Positions 41,941 to 54,161 are shown, counted from the stretch's first letter. The stretch is 64,000 bases of DNA from Snodgrassella sp. (GCA_024103515.1 JAGGIK010000004.1:2769-66768); one strand, 5' to 3'. Program-made: numbers and translations. Notes: a model not told the origin generated them from the letters alone.

Positions 41941-42708
41941 TTAATGTTTGGGCAAATACCCATCAAAACGAGTAGTTTTACCCTGATATTGAAATGCTGG
42001 CTGGTTATCAGCTAAAAATATTCCATTACTCGGACGTTTAACCACTACTCTTTTTTGGGCCAATTTTTGTGCAGTGGCGAGTAAAGCTTTATCATTTTCC
42101 AGATCAGCATTACCCAAAAGCTGATGAAAATAGGCCATTTCCTTTTTTACTGCGGCTGATTTCTGCTTTTGTGGGTACATGGGATCTAAATAAACAACAT
42201 CTGGTAAAGGATATAGTTGCTGCTTTTGCGGTAGAGTCAAAATACTACCATAATGCAACTGGATATGCTGAGTAATTTCAGCCGCATGGACGTCAGTGGC
42301 AGCACGAATTAATCCATCTTTCAATAATAGATAAATAATAAAATTATGCTCAAATACCACTACATCAAGCGCTAATGAGGCCAAAACAAACGCATCACGA
42401 CCTAAGCCTCCGGTTGCATCCCAGACCAATGGCTGATTTTTTACTTGAACTGCACGAGCAATCAACTCGCCGCCACCAAATAATCGGCGATGACGTAACT
42501 TACCTTGCACAAAATCAACACGCACAACACCTTTATCACCCGACCGAGCTAAACCAAGGCCACCATCATCATAAATTAAATACAAACCCTGTTTTGGAGG
42601 TTGAGATTGAATGATTATCTTGCTATTTACAAGTAGAGGTTGTAAGTGCTCCTGTAACCAATCTGGCAATGGAACCATACAAATTAAAATAGAAAGAGAT
42701 TCGACCAT
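41941..42708 (-). CDS. rsmJ: 16S rRNA m2G1516 methyltransferase
   Basis: VRVDFV.G..RHRR, DATGGLGRDAFVLA, DVVYLDPMYP and RVVVKRP motifs. Confidence 0.9.
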   Translation of the reverse strand: MVESLSILICMVPLPDWLQEHLQPLLVNSKIIIQSQPPKQGLYLIYDDGGLGLARSGDKGVVRVDFVQGKLRHRRLFGGGELIARAVQVKNQPLVWDATGGLGRDAFVLASLALDVVVFEHNFIIYLLLKDGLIRAATDVHAAEITQHIQLHYGSILTLPQKQQLYPLPDVVYLDPMYPQKQKSAAVKKEMAYFHQLLGNADLENDKALLATAQKLAQKRVVVKRPSNGIFLADNQPAFQYQGKTTRFDGYLPKH

Positions 42709-44192
42709 CAGCTAATACCCAGTCGTTCCATTCGATAGCGCATTGAGCGAAAACTGATGCCTAGCAATTTTGCCGCTTGTGTCCGGTTGTAACGAGTATG
42801 TACCAAAGCTTGCTCAAGAATGCGACGTTCAACCTCATCCAGATAATCTTGAATTTGTGTGCGCCCAAGACAAAAATTTTCCAACGATTCTGTAGTGGCT
42901 GAATTCTTCAGCTCAGGTGCAGATGGTGTATTATCTTTAGAATGAGTAACCAGCGGAAAGCTCTGAATCTGTAGATCATCAATATCAATCTGATTGTTCT
43001 TAGACAGTGCTACCGCCCGTTCCAGAATATTTTCCAATTCGCGAAAATTACCAGGATAATTGTATTGCCATAAGGCCTTCTGAGCAGCAGGTGTAAGCTT
43101 AAGGTGTTCACTGTGTGGAATTCGGCGCAACAGAATCCTGATTAGGTCGGGAAGGTCATCGCGTAATTCACGCAAAGGTGGCATGCTTATAGAGACGACA
43201 TTAAGACGATAGAATAAATCCTGACGAAACTGTCCTGACTCAACTAGTGCATTCAAGTCTTTATGGGTTGCACAGATTAAACGCACATCAATCTGTTTTT
43301 CTTCCATCTCTCCAATTCTGCGCACCGCTCGCTCTTGAATTACTCGCAATAACTTAACTTGCATGGAAAGTGGTAGATCGGCTACCTCATCCAGAAATAA
43401 AGTACCCCCATTAGCATATTGAAAAAAACCATCTTTGTCTTTTTCTGCACCGGTAAAACTACCTTTTTTATAGCCAAAAAACTCACTTTCCATCAAAGCT
43501 TCTGGGATAGCTCCACAATTAACCGCAACAAAAGGTTTATTCTGACGGGATGATTGCTCATGTATACTACGTGCCGCCTGCTCCTTACCACTGCCAGACT
43601 CTCCAGCAATATAGACAGGCACATTGGTATTGGCCAATTTAGCCACTAACTGACGAACTTCTGCTATTAATGGTGAATTCCCAAGTAAACGCTCCTTTGG
43701 ATGATGTTTTTCCATATCGGTTACATTTTTTTCGTTTTGTTGAGAATTTTTGGCTGGAACCTTAATTTTATTAGTTGTTTTATCTGTTGATAAAACTTCC
43801 GTCTGATCATTATTAATTTTAATTACAGACTTAACCAACGTACGCAACTGTGCTAGAGTAATTGGTTTTTGCAAATAATCAAATGCCCCATTTTTCAGCG
43901 CTTCTACTGCTTGTTCTGCACTACCATAAGCGGTAATCACAGCCACTGGGGTATCAAGATTTTTAGCAAGGATATAATCCACTACCTCCAATCCTGAACC
44001 GTCCGGCATACGCATATCAGTCAAAACCAGCGAAAAATCCTGTTTATCAAGTGCTTTTTTGGCTTCTACAACGCCAACAGCTGTTTGGACTGATAGACCC
44101 ATTTTAATTAATGTTATCTCCATCAGATCACGAATATCAGCCTCATCATCTATGACCAGTACCGGTTTTTTTAAATCAATTTGATTACTCAT
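42708..44192 (-). CDS. pilR: Sigma54-dependent response regulator PilR
   Basis: Receiver domain (TDMRMPDG), GESGSGKE, GSFTGA, LFLDEV, YPGNFRELEN and Fis-type HTH ending LGISFRSMRYR. Confidence 0.85.
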   Translation of the reverse strand: MSNQIDLKKPVLVIDDEADIRDLMEITLIKMGLSVQTAVGVVEAKKALDKQDFSLVLTDMRMPDGSGLEVVDYILAKNLDTPVAVITAYGSAEQAVEALKNGAFDYLQKPITLAQLRTLVKSVIKINNDQTEVLSTDKTTNKIKVPAKNSQQNEKNVTDMEKHHPKERLLGNSPLIAEVRQLVAKLANTNVPVYIAGESGSGKEQAARSIHEQSSRQNKPFVAVNCGAIPEALMESEFFGYKKGSFTGAEKDKDGFFQYANGGTLFLDEVADLPLSMQVKLLRVIQERAVRRIGEMEEKQIDVRLICATHKDLNALVESGQFRQDLFYRLNVVSISMPPLRELRDDLPDLIRILLRRIPHSEHLKLTPAAQKALWQYNYPGNFRELENILERAVALSKNNQIDIDDLQIQSFPLVTHSKDNTPSAPELKNSATTESLENFCLGRTQIQDYLDEVERRILEQALVHTRYNRTQAAKLLGISFRSMRYRMERLGIS

Positions 44193-45759
44193 CTAGCATC
44201 CTTGGTAAAATCAGTTCGAATCCATTAATTTCGGAGCGATAACTCAACTGACCATGATTAGCCTGAGCAAGTTCACGGGCCACATATAATCCTAATCCTG
44301 TACCGGTGGACTCTGTAGTAAAAAATGGCTCAAACAAACGTAACTGATTCTCCACACTAACCCCTTTACCATTATCAATCACCACAATGGCTATTTTATC
44401 CTGACCACGTTCGCGTGCTAAAACCTGTATAGAATCATTATCCTGTCTGCTATGCCGCCAGGCATTATTCATCAGATTCCACATAATTTGCTGTAAATGA
44501 ACAGGATCACACCAAATATTCGTATGAATATTATCCATAGACATGCGAATACACTTTTCTGCCTGTGGATTAATGATTGTAAATTCATGAACAAAAGCTG
44601 ACCAGAATGATTTGAAATTTACACAATGTTTATCTATTTTGTCACGTTTATTCAACGTACTGATATCTTCCAGCATTTTATCAATACGGCCGATATTATT
44701 ATCGATTATATTAAACAGATGTAATCGCCCTGAATTCTGCTCGTCTTCCTGTAATAGCCCGTTCGCCTGACGGATAGCAGACAAAGGATTACGTATCTCA
44801 TGCGCCAGATTGGCTGTCAGCTGTCCTAAGGAAGCCAGTTTGATAGCCATTGCCTCCTGATCAATTTCTGTTTCTGATCGCATTGATAGAATTAATAAAG
44901 GCTTATTGGCTTCATGTAACATCCGCACCCGCACCCGCATCGGCCATTTGCTTAATGTACACTTGCACTCAAAAAAATATCTTTTACGCCGTTGCCACTC
45001 AATCTGAATTTCACGAAATAAAGCGGTTTTTTTATCAACCAGTAAATCAGGAAAAAAATTTTGTGCCCGACGATTCAACAACCAGACGACTCCAGCTTCG
45101 TCCAGCACAACTACGGCTTCCTGTACAAAGTTAAATGCCCGAACCAGTAAATTCTTATAATTAGTCAACAGCTGTGACTGGATAAGCTGCTGATTTTGTG
45201 ACCGTGCTAACGTCTTAGCTACAAAAGCAGTCAAACCAGCTACCAGAAAAGCCGCAACAATCAACATGATGGCTATTGAACATATACGAATATTAATATA
45301 GCTCAATCCCATGCGAGTGATTTGCAAGACCGTAATAATAGTAATCAGCAATGCAACATAACCGGCATAAACCATCGGATAGCGACCACGACTAAACAGA
45401 CAGGCCGAAGCAACAAATGGCAAAATTAAAATACCAAAACCACTATCGACACCACCGCCCATACTCATCAACCATGCAATCATGGTGATGTCTACTACCG
45501 AATAAACATTAGGTAATGCATCTGTCTGATTTTGCCAACGAGGGACCAGCATGGAAATAAGTATCAAAAACCCATAAATGCTGATCCAACTGTATAATTC
45601 AATTTTATTAAAAGTTGCTACGGATAATCCTAGCCCATCTACATCACGGGTAAGGACATAAAAAGTCATAATCGAAAACAGCAAACTTACCCGGGCAATA
45701 TTCAGTAAGGCTGAAAGTCTGTCCAGATAAGGTTGCCAGCCAACTATTCCTTTTTTCAT
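44185..45759 (-). CDS. pilS: Sensor histidine kinase PilS
   Basis: About six N-terminal TM helices, LAHEIRNPL, DNGKG, FEPFFTT and GTGLGL motifs; paired with pilR. Confidence 0.85.
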   Translation of the reverse strand: MKKGIVGWQPYLDRLSALLNIARVSLLFSIMTFYVLTRDVDGLGLSVATFNKIELYSWISIYGFLILISMLVPRWQNQTDALPNVYSVVDITMIAWLMSMGGGVDSGFGILILPFVASACLFSRGRYPMVYAGYVALLITIITVLQITRMGLSYINIRICSIAIMLIVAAFLVAGLTAFVAKTLARSQNQQLIQSQLLTNYKNLLVRAFNFVQEAVVVLDEAGVVWLLNRRAQNFFPDLLVDKKTALFREIQIEWQRRKRYFFECKCTLSKWPMRVRVRMLHEANKPLLILSMRSETEIDQEAMAIKLASLGQLTANLAHEIRNPLSAIRQANGLLQEDEQNSGRLHLFNIIDNNIGRIDKMLEDISTLNKRDKIDKHCVNFKSFWSAFVHEFTIINPQAEKCIRMSMDNIHTNIWCDPVHLQQIMWNLMNNAWRHSRQDNDSIQVLARERGQDKIAIVVIDNGKGVSVENQLRLFEPFFTTESTGTGLGLYVARELAQANHGQLSYRSEINGFELILPRMLDE

Positions 45760-45764
45760 AACCC

Positions 45765-48083
45765 TTAACTCTTAGTGGTTAAATTATTATGGATAGCAAT
45801 GATACTACCATTAACAGACAGTTCTTTCCCTTTATGACCGCGTTTATTGGCTATATCTTGGATACGTAATCTCTCCTTATGATTGGCTCCGCGCTTACCA
45901 CGCGTTTCCAACATAAATTCTGCGCCTTCAATCAGAGTAACAAATTCAAGTATACCCCCTTTTGGCAAGCTCATTAACTGCAAACCACGGCCTTTACTCA
46001 TGACTTTCAATTCACTTAAAGGAAAAGCAAGTAAACGATTGGCATTTGATATAGATACGACATTGATATTCTCGGGTGAAGTCATCCCTGTAGCCGAAAT
46101 GCTGACCGGAGGCAACATTGCTTCATGGGCATTGAGTGTCATCACTACCTTGCCATTTTTAGTTCGACTGACCAGATCTTTCATCTGTGCCATGAAGCCA
46201 TAACCACTACTATTGGCAAGTAAATAATACTGATCAGGCAAGGCACTGGCTACAGCGATAATTTCAACCCCTTTTGCTAATTCAACTAAAGACCCTACTG
46301 GAACACCGTCTCCTCGACCTCCAGGAATACTGGCCGCATCAACGGTATAAGTACGTCCCTGCGAGTCCAACAAAACAACTGGCCAGATACTACGACCTTC
46401 TACTGTTTGTAATAAATCATCACCTTCTTTAAAAGTGGTCTGACTTAAATCCAGATTATGGCCAGCCCGAGTCTTTAGCCAGCCTTTTTTCGATAATACT
46501 AATGTAATCGGTTCATCAGCAGTTGTTTGGGTTAATGTGGCTCGTTCCGCAGCTTGAATTAAAGTACGACGTTTATCACCATAATTTTTGGTATCCGTCT
46601 CAATTTCTTTGATAACCAATTTCTTTTTCGCTTTTTCATCCCGCAATAAGGAGGTTATTCTATCCCGCTCCTGTTGCAATTTAGCTAATTCTGTTTCGAG
46701 TTTGATCCACTCCAGACGAGCCAGCTGTCGTAAACGAATTTCGAGTATATCTTCTGCCTGCGTGGCACTTAAACCAAATGCAGACATCAGTTCGCTTCTT
46801 GGTTCTTCAGATTCCCTAATTACCCGAATTACTTCATCAATGTGTAAAAAGGCAATTTGTCGGCCTTCAAGAATATGAATTCGTTTTTCAACCTGATCAA
46901 GACGATATTGTAAGCGGCGAGTAATAGTCAATATGCGAAAATTTAACCATTCACGTAAAATTTCACTTAAACTTTTTTGTGCTGGTCTATTATCCTGACC
47001 CATCATTACTAGATTGATTGACACATTACCTTCAAGACTGGTTTGAGCCATCAATGTATTCATAAAATCATCGGGATTTTGGCGACTGGATTTCGGCTCA
47101 AATACCAGTCGTACTGGAGCCATTCCATCTGATTCATCTCTTACCCGATCTAAAAGAGATAACATTAAGGTACGAGTATTTTGTTGATCATGAGACAGAT
47201 TTTTCTTACCGGTTTTGGGTTTAGGATTGGTCTGCTCTTCAATTTCGGCTAAAATCTTCTGTGCTGACACGCCCGGTGGTAATTCAGTGACTATTGCACG
47301 CCAATGCCCGCGCGCCAATTTTTCGATTTCATAGCGTGCCCGCACGCGGATGCTACCTTTTCCCTGTGCATAAATAGCCTGTATATCTTCTTTCTTACTG
47401 ATAATTTGAGCTCCACCCGCAAAGTCAGGCCCTGGGATGTGTTCCATCAAAGCAGCAGTATCAAGATCAGGTTGTTTTAATAATGCAATCGCTGCTGCAC
47501 TGACTTCACACAGGTTATGCGAGGGTATTTCTGTTGCCAAGCCTACTGCAATTCCAGATGCCCCGTTAAGCAGTACCATTGGCAAACGTGCTGGTAATAC
47601 CGTTGGCTCAACAAAAGCACCGTCATAGTTAGGAATAAAATCGACCGTTCCCATGTCAATTTCAGAAAGCAGTAATTCAGCCATTGGTGTTAGTCTGGCT
47701 TCGGTATAGCGCATAGCGGCGGCACTATCACCATCACGAGAGCCAAAATTACCAATTCCGTCTATCAAGGGGTAACGTAAAACAAAATCTTGTGCCATAC
47801 GTACCATTGCGTCATACGCAGAGGCATCACCGTGTGGGTGATATTTACCAAGAATTTCACCGACAACACGGGCCGATTTGACTGGTTTGGCACCATGTAC
47901 AAGCCCCATGTCTTTCATTGCATACAAGATGCGTCGCTGGACTGGTTTCTGACCATCTGCAACATCTGGCAGAGCACGCCCCTTAACCACACTCATAGCA
48001 TAGGATAGGTAAGCCTGTTCAGCGTATTGGCCAAGTAATAAAAAATCATCGTTATGATTAGGCTGTTGAGTTATATCGTTCAT
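45765..48083 (-). CDS. parC: DNA topoisomerase IV subunit A
   Basis: [29 protein letters not shown] and [10 protein letters not shown] motifs; short C-terminal domain, no GyrA box seen. Confidence 0.95.
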   Translation of the reverse strand: MNDITQQPNHNDDFLLLGQYAEQAYLSYAMSVVKGRALPDVADGQKPVQRRILYAMKDMGLVHGAKPVKSARVVGEILGKYHPHGDASAYDAMVRMAQDFVLRYPLIDGIGNFGSRDGDSAAAMRYTEARLTPMAELLLSEIDMGTVDFIPNYDGAFVEPTVLPARLPMVLLNGASGIAVGLATEIPSHNLCEVSAAAIALLKQPDLDTAALMEHIPGPDFAGGAQIISKKEDIQAIYAQGKGSIRVRARYEIEKLARGHWRAIVTELPPGVSAQKILAEIEEQTNPKPKTGKKNLSHDQQNTRTLMLSLLDRVRDESDGMAPVRLVFEPKSSRQNPDDFMNTLMAQTSLEGNVSINLVMMGQDNRPAQKSLSEILREWLNFRILTITRRLQYRLDQVEKRIHILEGRQIAFLHIDEVIRVIRESEEPRSELMSAFGLSATQAEDILEIRLRQLARLEWIKLETELAKLQQERDRITSLLRDEKAKKKLVIKEIETDTKNYGDKRRTLIQAAERATLTQTTADEPITLVLSKKGWLKTRAGHNLDLSQTTFKEGDDLLQTVEGRSIWPVVLLDSQGRTYTVDAASIPGGRGDGVPVGSLVELAKGVEIIAVASALPDQYYLLANSSGYGFMAQMKDLVSRTKNGKVVMTLNAHEAMLPPVSISATGMTSPENINVVSISNANRLLAFPLSELKVMSKGRGLQLMSLPKGGILEFVTLIEGAEFMLETRGKRGANHKERLRIQDIANKRGHKGKELSVNGSIIAIHNNLTTKS

Positions 48084-48328
48084 ATTAAATTGACTTAACT
48101 ATTTTACGGGAAATAAGTCATATACTTTTATTGTAAGGGATTAATGTTTAGTCACCAAAACTGAATATAATTTTCCAGATTAAATTAATAATTTTTATTA
48201 ACTATTATTTGCAAACATTGATTATAATTACGTTAGTTTAATCGACAAAACTGTCGTTTTTAACCTCGCTCAAAACCTGTTCATTCCCCTATCTAACATT
48301 ATCAAAACGGAAATAATTCGGTATCAAT

Positions 48329-48361
48329 TAAAAAAGCTGTCCAGAATCATTCTGGACAGCT
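48329..48361 (-). terminator. Terminator downstream of ftsZ
   Basis: AGCTGTCCAGAAT-C-ATTCTGGACAGCT with an adjacent A tract. Confidence 0.75.
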
Positions 48362-48378
48362 CCATTAATTAAATACAA

Positions 48379-49557
48379 TTAATCAGCCTGACGACGAATC
48401 ACGGCAGGAATTTCAAAATCATCCAATACAGACTGGTTAGAAAAATCGGCAGCAGCTAGATTCATGCTGCGTGCACTACGACCGGAGCGCACCACACTCC
48501 CAATATCCGGATACGCATCATCAGTACCAGTAGCTTGCGCAGCATGAACTACGCGCAAATTACTTGACTGTTGCTGATGTAGATTTTTCTGCTCTTGTAA
48601 TCCAGTAGCAATGATGGTCACGCGGATTTCTCCTTCTTCCATACTTTCATCTTCTGATGTACCGTATTTCAAAGCAGCGTCTGGATGTGCATATTCGTCA
48701 ACCATGCTCATGATTTCTTTATATTCAGACATTTTTAGACAACCCGGAGCAGTGGTAATGTTTACCAATACACCTTGTGCGCCATCTAAAGTTACATCAT
48801 CCAGTAAAGGACTGGCAATCGCCTGTTCGGTAGCGATACGGGCACGATCTACACCATGCGCACTACCGGATCCCATCATCGCCATGCCCATAATACTCAT
48901 AACGTTTTTAACATCAGCAAAATCCAGATTGATGATACCCGGATTTGTAATTACTTCAGCAATGCCAGCCACCGCATTACACAAAACACTATCGGCAGCA
49001 CGGAAAGCTTCCCGCATACTAATATCTTCACCCAAAGCAGACATCAATTTGTCATTCGGAATCACGATCAAAGAATCAACGGTATTTTTCAATATTTCAA
49101 TACCATCATTAGCAACTTGAATACGTTTACCTTCGTACTCGAAAGGACGGGTAACCACAGCTACAGTAAGAATACCTAATTCTTTTGCAAGTTCAGCCAC
49201 GACTGGAGCAGCACCGGTTCCGGTACCACCCCCCATTCCTGTAGTGATAAACAGCATATTAGCTCCACGGATGGCATCGGCCAAAGACTCACGATCCTCC
49301 ATTGCCGCATTACGACCAATTTCTGGATCAGCCCCTGCCCCCAAACCGCGAGTTAAATTGTTACCCAGCTGAATACGTTTTGAAGCCTTGCTGTTCTGCA
49401 AGCTTTGCGCGTCAGTATTAGCACTGATAAATTCAATACCACCTACTGCATTTTCTACCATGTTATTTATAGCATTACAGCCACCACCACCAATACCGAT
49501 TACTTTAATCACTGCGGCACCGACAGCTGCATCTACTACATCATATACCAGTTGCAT
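48379..49557 (-). CDS. ftsZ: Cell division protein FtsZ
   Basis: GGGGCNA, GMGGGTGTG, NLDFADV and C-terminal FEIPAVIRRQAD. Confidence 0.98.
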   Translation of the reverse strand: MQLVYDVVDAAVGAAVIKVIGIGGGGCNAINNMVENAVGGIEFISANTDAQSLQNSKASKRIQLGNNLTRGLGAGADPEIGRNAAMEDRESLADAIRGANMLFITTGMGGGTGTGAAPVVAELAKELGILTVAVVTRPFEYEGKRIQVANDGIEILKNTVDSLIVIPNDKLMSALGEDISMREAFRAADSVLCNAVAGIAEVITNPGIINLDFADVKNVMSIMGMAMMGSGSAHGVDRARIATEQAIASPLLDDVTLDGAQGVLVNITTAPGCLKMSEYKEIMSMVDEYAHPDAALKYGTSEDESMEEGEIRVTIIATGLQEQKNLHQQQSSNLRVVHAAQATGTDDAYPDIGSVVRSGRSARSMNLAAADFSNQSVLDDFEIPAVIRRQAD

Positions 49558-49671
49558 TTACGTCTCCTGACAAAATCCACGCTTTGATTTTATTCATTGT
49601 ATAAACAGCTTCATTATATAGACACTTCTATCCTTTGCGCAAAATTTATGTCATATAAAATATACTTTAAG

Positions 49672-50916
49672 TTAAAAATTGTCTTTAAACCATGCCTGAA
49701 ATTTACCTAACCACGACTGTTTAGGTTCATTATTCACCTGCACTGGCCCATCAATTTTGCTATCGTCCTCACTTGCTGCTTGCAATAAACCTATTGCAGT
49801 TGCATAACGTGGATTACGTATTCGCTCTGATACGCCACCCATTTCTTTTGGAACACCAATACGTGTTGGCAGATTGAACACGTCCTCAGCTAATTCCACC
49901 ATACCAGGTAACAATGAAGCACCGCCAGTCAAAACAATGCCAGAAGTCAGTACATCTTCTGGAAAACCGGAGCGACGCAACTCATTCAATGTTAATTCGA
50001 GAATTTCTTCTACTCTAGGACCAATGACACTGGCCAGAGTACGCCGAGAAATCTGCCGCGGATTACGATCTCCTACACTAGGCACCTCAACCATGTCTTC
50101 TAGTCCGCCCATCGTTGCCAAGGCCACACCATGGTTTATTTTGATGTATTCAGCAGCACTGTGCGGTGTTCGCAAAGCTTGTGCCAAATCTTTAGTAATC
50201 AAATCGCCAGCAACAGGGATAACTGCCGTATGTCGAATCGCACCATTAGTATACACAGCAATATCCGTAGTACCACCACCAATGTCAATAACGCAAACAC
50301 CTAGATCTTTTTCATCTTCGGTCAATACCGCCTGCCCGCTGGCTAAGGGCTGCAATATCATTTTATTGATATGCAGATCACAACGGTTAACACATTTCTG
50401 GATATTCTGCATCGCTGTAACCGCACCAGTGATGATATGGATACGTGTATCCAGCCGGACACCACTCATCCCAATAGGTTCGCGTACACCCGGCTGATTA
50501 TCAATAATAAATTCTTGTACTACCGTATGGAGGATATCATGATCAGGTGGAATATTAATAGCCTTAGCCGTTTCGATTGCCCGATCAATATCAGCCTGAC
50601 TAACTTCCCCATCCTTGATCTTAACCACACCCTGTGAGTTGAAACTGCGAATATGATTACCAGCTATCCCAGTTGTGACCGTATTTAACGGTACATCAGC
50701 CATCATCTGAGCTTCTTCCATAGCCTGCTTGATCGCTTGTGCCGTGGTTTCAATATTAGTAACCATTCCGGCTTTTAAACCGCGTGATGGTGCTTGCCCT
50801 AAACCAACAATGTGAATTTCGCTGTCTTCCTGCACTTCACCTATCAGGGCAATTACTTTAGACGTACCGATATCCAATGCACTGATGTATTTTTTACCTT
50901 TAATCATGGTCATCAC
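49672..50916 (-). CDS. ftsA: Cell division protein FtsA
   Basis: LDIGTSKV, IDIGGGTTD and LTGGAS motifs; start 50916, 50913 or 50907. Confidence 0.97.
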   Translation of the reverse strand: MMTMIKGKKYISALDIGTSKVIALIGEVQEDSEIHIVGLGQAPSRGLKAGMVTNIETTAQAIKQAMEEAQMMADVPLNTVTTGIAGNHIRSFNSQGVVKIKDGEVSQADIDRAIETAKAINIPPDHDILHTVVQEFIIDNQPGVREPIGMSGVRLDTRIHIITGAVTAMQNIQKCVNRCDLHINKMILQPLASGQAVLTEDEKDLGVCVIDIGGGTTDIAVYTNGAIRHTAVIPVAGDLITKDLAQALRTPHSAAEYIKINHGVALATMGGLEDMVEVPSVGDRNPRQISRRTLASVIGPRVEEILELTLNELRRSGFPEDVLTSGIVLTGGASLLPGMVELAEDVFNLPTRIGVPKEMGGVSERIRNPRYATAIGLLQAASEDDSKIDGPVQVNNEPKQSWLGKFQAWFKDNF

Positions 50917-50957
50917 TTTAAAAACATATAATCAATTGTTTTGCTTAACTAAACCAG

Positions 50958-51728
50958 TCATAGTACAGATTGGATGCTATCCATATTTACTGCCGACGGC
51001 TCACTAACGCTATCCTGAAGTTGCGGTTTATTTTTATACCGCAACGCAAACCCATCAGGGTAACGTAAATCCACGTAATCAATATCTTTGGCCTGGCTAT
51101 GCAATACTTGCGGCCAGGCCCAAACAAAACGAGACAAACGCGTTTCTACATTTTCCCGACCCAAACGCAGGCTGATACCATTGTCCAATACTATATCCCA
51201 AGCCGATCGATTACTTAAATGCAACTCATGGATATGCAAACCTGTTGGCTGAAGCAAATTTTCGAATATTAACAAATTCATTGCCATAAAGCGAACAGAA
51301 CTTTCTGATCCCACTAGTAATGGCAAATTATCCTGCAACTGGGCCTCAAATAACTCTCCATTAGCATCAACCAGTTGCCGATTTCCTCGGCGGGCAATCG
51401 GTGTTCGTTCGTTTATTTTCAATAAAACTGTATCAGGCCATATTCTCTTCACATGCGCTTTGGCCACCCAAGGAAGCTTGGCAAACTCTGTACGGGCAGC
51501 ATTAACATTTACAGTAAAAATATTGCCATACAAATACTTTTTACTGATAGATTCTATTTCAGCAGTCTGCACGTGTTTCAGAGGTTCCGCAACCTTAATT
51601 TGACGCACAGGAAAATAAGATGAATGAACCAACCATATCCCACCAGCTGTCAATAAGCACAATGCTATACATAAATACAGCCAGCGATAAAGCCGCTTTA
51701 ACGCAATAGCATTATCCCAAAGTCGCAT
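50958..51728 (-). CDS. ftsQ: Cell division protein FtsQ
   Basis: Single TM helix, POTRA LPWV..A.V.R.WPD and YVDLRYPDGFA motifs. Confidence 0.93.
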   Translation of the reverse strand: MRLWDNAIALKRLYRWLYLCIALCLLTAGGIWLVHSSYFPVRQIKVAEPLKHVQTAEIESISKKYLYGNIFTVNVNAARTEFAKLPWVAKAHVKRIWPDTVLLKINERTPIARRGNRQLVDANGELFEAQLQDNLPLLVGSESSVRFMAMNLLIFENLLQPTGLHIHELHLSNRSAWDIVLDNGISLRLGRENVETRLSRFVWAWPQVLHSQAKDIDYVDLRYPDGFALRYKNKPQLQDSVSEPSAVNMDSIQSVL

Positions 51729-52623
51729 GGCTTAAAATTTCAACACACAAATCTTCAAAACTCAAGCCAATTTCATTGGCCGCTTTAGGCACCAGACTAT
51801 GGCCAGTCATTCCTGGTACAGTATTGACTTCAAGTATAAAGATCTTTCCATCTTCATCCCGCAAAAAGTCTACCCTCCCCCAGCCTTGACCACCCAAGGC
51901 TTCAAAAGCCCGCAAGGCTAAGTCACGCATATGCTGCTCATCAACTTCTGTTAGATCCGCCGGACAAAGATAAACGGTATCATCACGTTGATATTTGGCC
52001 TCATAATCGTAAAAATCGGTAGCGGGTATGATTTTGATGCTAGGCAAAGCACGATTGCCTAGAATGGCACAAGTATATTCCCCACCATTAATTGCTCGTT
52101 CAGCCAGTATTTCACCATGATATTGTTGCAATTGCTGATATGCTTTAGCCAGTTCGCCATTCTTTCTAATTTTAAGTACACCCACACTGCTGCCTTCTGC
52201 AGCCGGTTTAACAAATAATGGCAGTCCCAGTTCAGCCTCAATAGCCGCAAAATCACTGTCATCATTTAATACTACAAATGGCACACAAGGCAGCCCCACA
52301 CCCTGCCATACCAAGCGACTGCGGAATTTATCCATACCTAAAGCGCTAGCGGCCACACCACAACCGGTGTAGGGAATACCCAGTGCTTCTAAAGCTCCCT
52401 GAACCACCCCATCTTCTCCGAAAGAGCCGTGTAATATATTAAAAGCACGGGTAAATTTCTCACTGACCAAATCAGAAAGTGGTTGATGCTTTGGATCAAA
52501 GATATGAGCATCTACACCTTTGCTCTTTAATGCGGCCAATATGGCTGCACCACTGGCCAATGAAACTTCACGTTCACTCGAAAAACCACCCATCAAGACG
52601 GCAACTTTACCAAAATTATTCAT
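51712..52623 (-). CDS. ddl: D-alanine--D-alanine ligase
   Basis: GGFSSEREVSL, HGSFGEDG, KPAAEGSS, FYDYEAKY and EVNTVPGMT motifs. Confidence 0.96.
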   Translation of the reverse strand: MNNFGKVAVLMGGFSSEREVSLASGAAILAALKSKGVDAHIFDPKHQPLSDLVSEKFTRAFNILHGSFGEDGVVQGALEALGIPYTGCGVAASALGMDKFRSRLVWQGVGLPCVPFVVLNDDSDFAAIEAELGLPLFVKPAAEGSSVGVLKIRKNGELAKAYQQLQQYHGEILAERAINGGEYTCAILGNRALPSIKIIPATDFYDYEAKYQRDDTVYLCPADLTEVDEQHMRDLALRAFEALGGQGWGRVDFLRDEDGKIFILEVNTVPGMTGHSLVPKAANEIGLSFEDLCVEILSHATLG

Positions 52624-52677
52624 TGTTATAATTCTTTCTATTTTAATGACTGCTATTAATGTGTTCGTAGCAAACAA

Positions 52678-54096
52678 TTAGTTCTGTATATTCATCGCAG
52701 CTTCAATCAACATTGAAGGCACTTTGTTGATACTGCCTGCCCCCATATTGAGTAATACATCACCATCCTGCAACACATTTAATAAAGTTGAAGCCATTTC
52801 ATCGACATCAGCTACATAAATTGGTTCTATTTTCCCCAGTACCCTGATGGCGCGCATCAGCGCTTTACTGTCAGCAGCAACAATGGGATCTTCACCTGCA
52901 GTATATACATCTGTTAATACTACACTATCAGCTTTTGTCAATACTTGCACAAAATCTTCAAATAAGTCGCGCGTGCGCGTATACCGGTGCGGTTGAAAAG
53001 CCACTACCAGTCGTTGTTGAGGATATGCACCACGCGCTGCCTCAATAGTTGCCGTCATTTCGACCGGATGATGGCCATAATCATCGATAACTAAAGCTTT
53101 ACCACCAAGAGGTAAGGCAATTTCACCATAATTTTGAAAACGCCGTCCAACACCCGCAAAATTTTCCAGCCCTTGCCGTATGGCCGAAACAGGAACATCA
53201 ATTTCCAAAGCCACACCGATAACAGCCAAAGCATTTAACACATTGTGACGACCAGGCATGTTTACCGTCACACTAAAAGGTTTGATTCCTTTTTTTCGGG
53301 TGTGGACGTCAAAACACATTCTGGAACCACAGGTGGAAATATTAGTAGCATATAAATCGGCACTATTATCCAATCCGTAAGTGACATATGGTTTCTGAAT
53401 TTTGGGCAGAATCTGCCGTACATGTTCACTATCAGTACATAGAAATGCCTTACCGTAAAATGGCATGCGGTGCACGAAATCGATGAATGCCTGATGTAAT
53501 TTTTCGATGTCATGATCATAAGTATCCATATGATCTGTATCGATATTGGTAACCACCGTAAACAATGGAGTCAAATACAGAAACGAAGCATCGGATTCAT
53601 CAGCTTCAGCCACAATATATTCACCTTTACCCAGTTTAGCATTACTGCCAGCAGCATTTAAACGGCCACCAATAACAAACGTGGGATCTAACCCAGCAGC
53701 GGCCAGCACCGAAGCTGTCAGGCTTGTAGTGGTCGTTTTACCATGAGTACCACCAATGGCTACGCCACGACCGAAACGCATAATCTCGGCCAACATCATT
53801 GCCCGCGGAATGACCGGGATCTTATGTGCTGCTGCAGCCACCACTTCAGGATTATTTTTCCTAACCGCGGTGGAAGTAACCACTACATCTGCGCCAGCAA
53901 TATTTTCAGCGTTGTGTCCTTTAAAAATACTGACACCAATTGACCGCAAATGTCTAGTAGCCGCATTATCGGCCAGATCTGAACCACTGATATGATAGCC
54001 TTCATTATGCAATACCTCAGCAATTCCACACATACCTGTGCCACCAATGCCGACGAAATGGATATGGTGGATGCGATCTTTCATATTTTCTTTCAT
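52678..54096 (-). CDS. murC: UDP-N-acetylmuramate--L-alanine ligase
   Basis: [29 protein letters not shown] and FQPHRYTR motifs. Confidence 0.97.
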   Translation of the reverse strand: MKENMKDRIHHIHFVGIGGTGMCGIAEVLHNEGYHISGSDLADNAATRHLRSIGVSIFKGHNAENIAGADVVVTSTAVRKNNPEVVAAAAHKIPVIPRAMMLAEIMRFGRGVAIGGTHGKTTTTSLTASVLAAAGLDPTFVIGGRLNAAGSNAKLGKGEYIVAEADESDASFLYLTPLFTVVTNIDTDHMDTYDHDIEKLHQAFIDFVHRMPFYGKAFLCTDSEHVRQILPKIQKPYVTYGLDNSADLYATNISTCGSRMCFDVHTRKKGIKPFSVTVNMPGRHNVLNALAVIGVALEIDVPVSAIRQGLENFAGVGRRFQNYGEIALPLGGKALVIDDYGHHPVEMTATIEAARGAYPQQRLVVAFQPHRYTRTRDLFEDFVQVLTKADSVVLTDVYTAGEDPIVAADSKALMRAIRVLGKIEPIYVADVDEMASTLLNVLQDGDVLLNMGAGSINKVPSMLIEAAMNIQN

Positions 54097-54161
54097 GCTT
54101 TGTAACTTTTCTTTATACTTTCATCTGAATACGACAAAGTCTGCAAGTGAATAAAACAATT

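Noticed and set aside
49874-50497. 207-aa plus-strand ORF inside ftsA, and similar long antisense ORFs in ftsZ, murG, lptD and ftsH
   Set aside because: Antisense shadows of conserved genes caused by codon bias; no RBS or recognisable motifs
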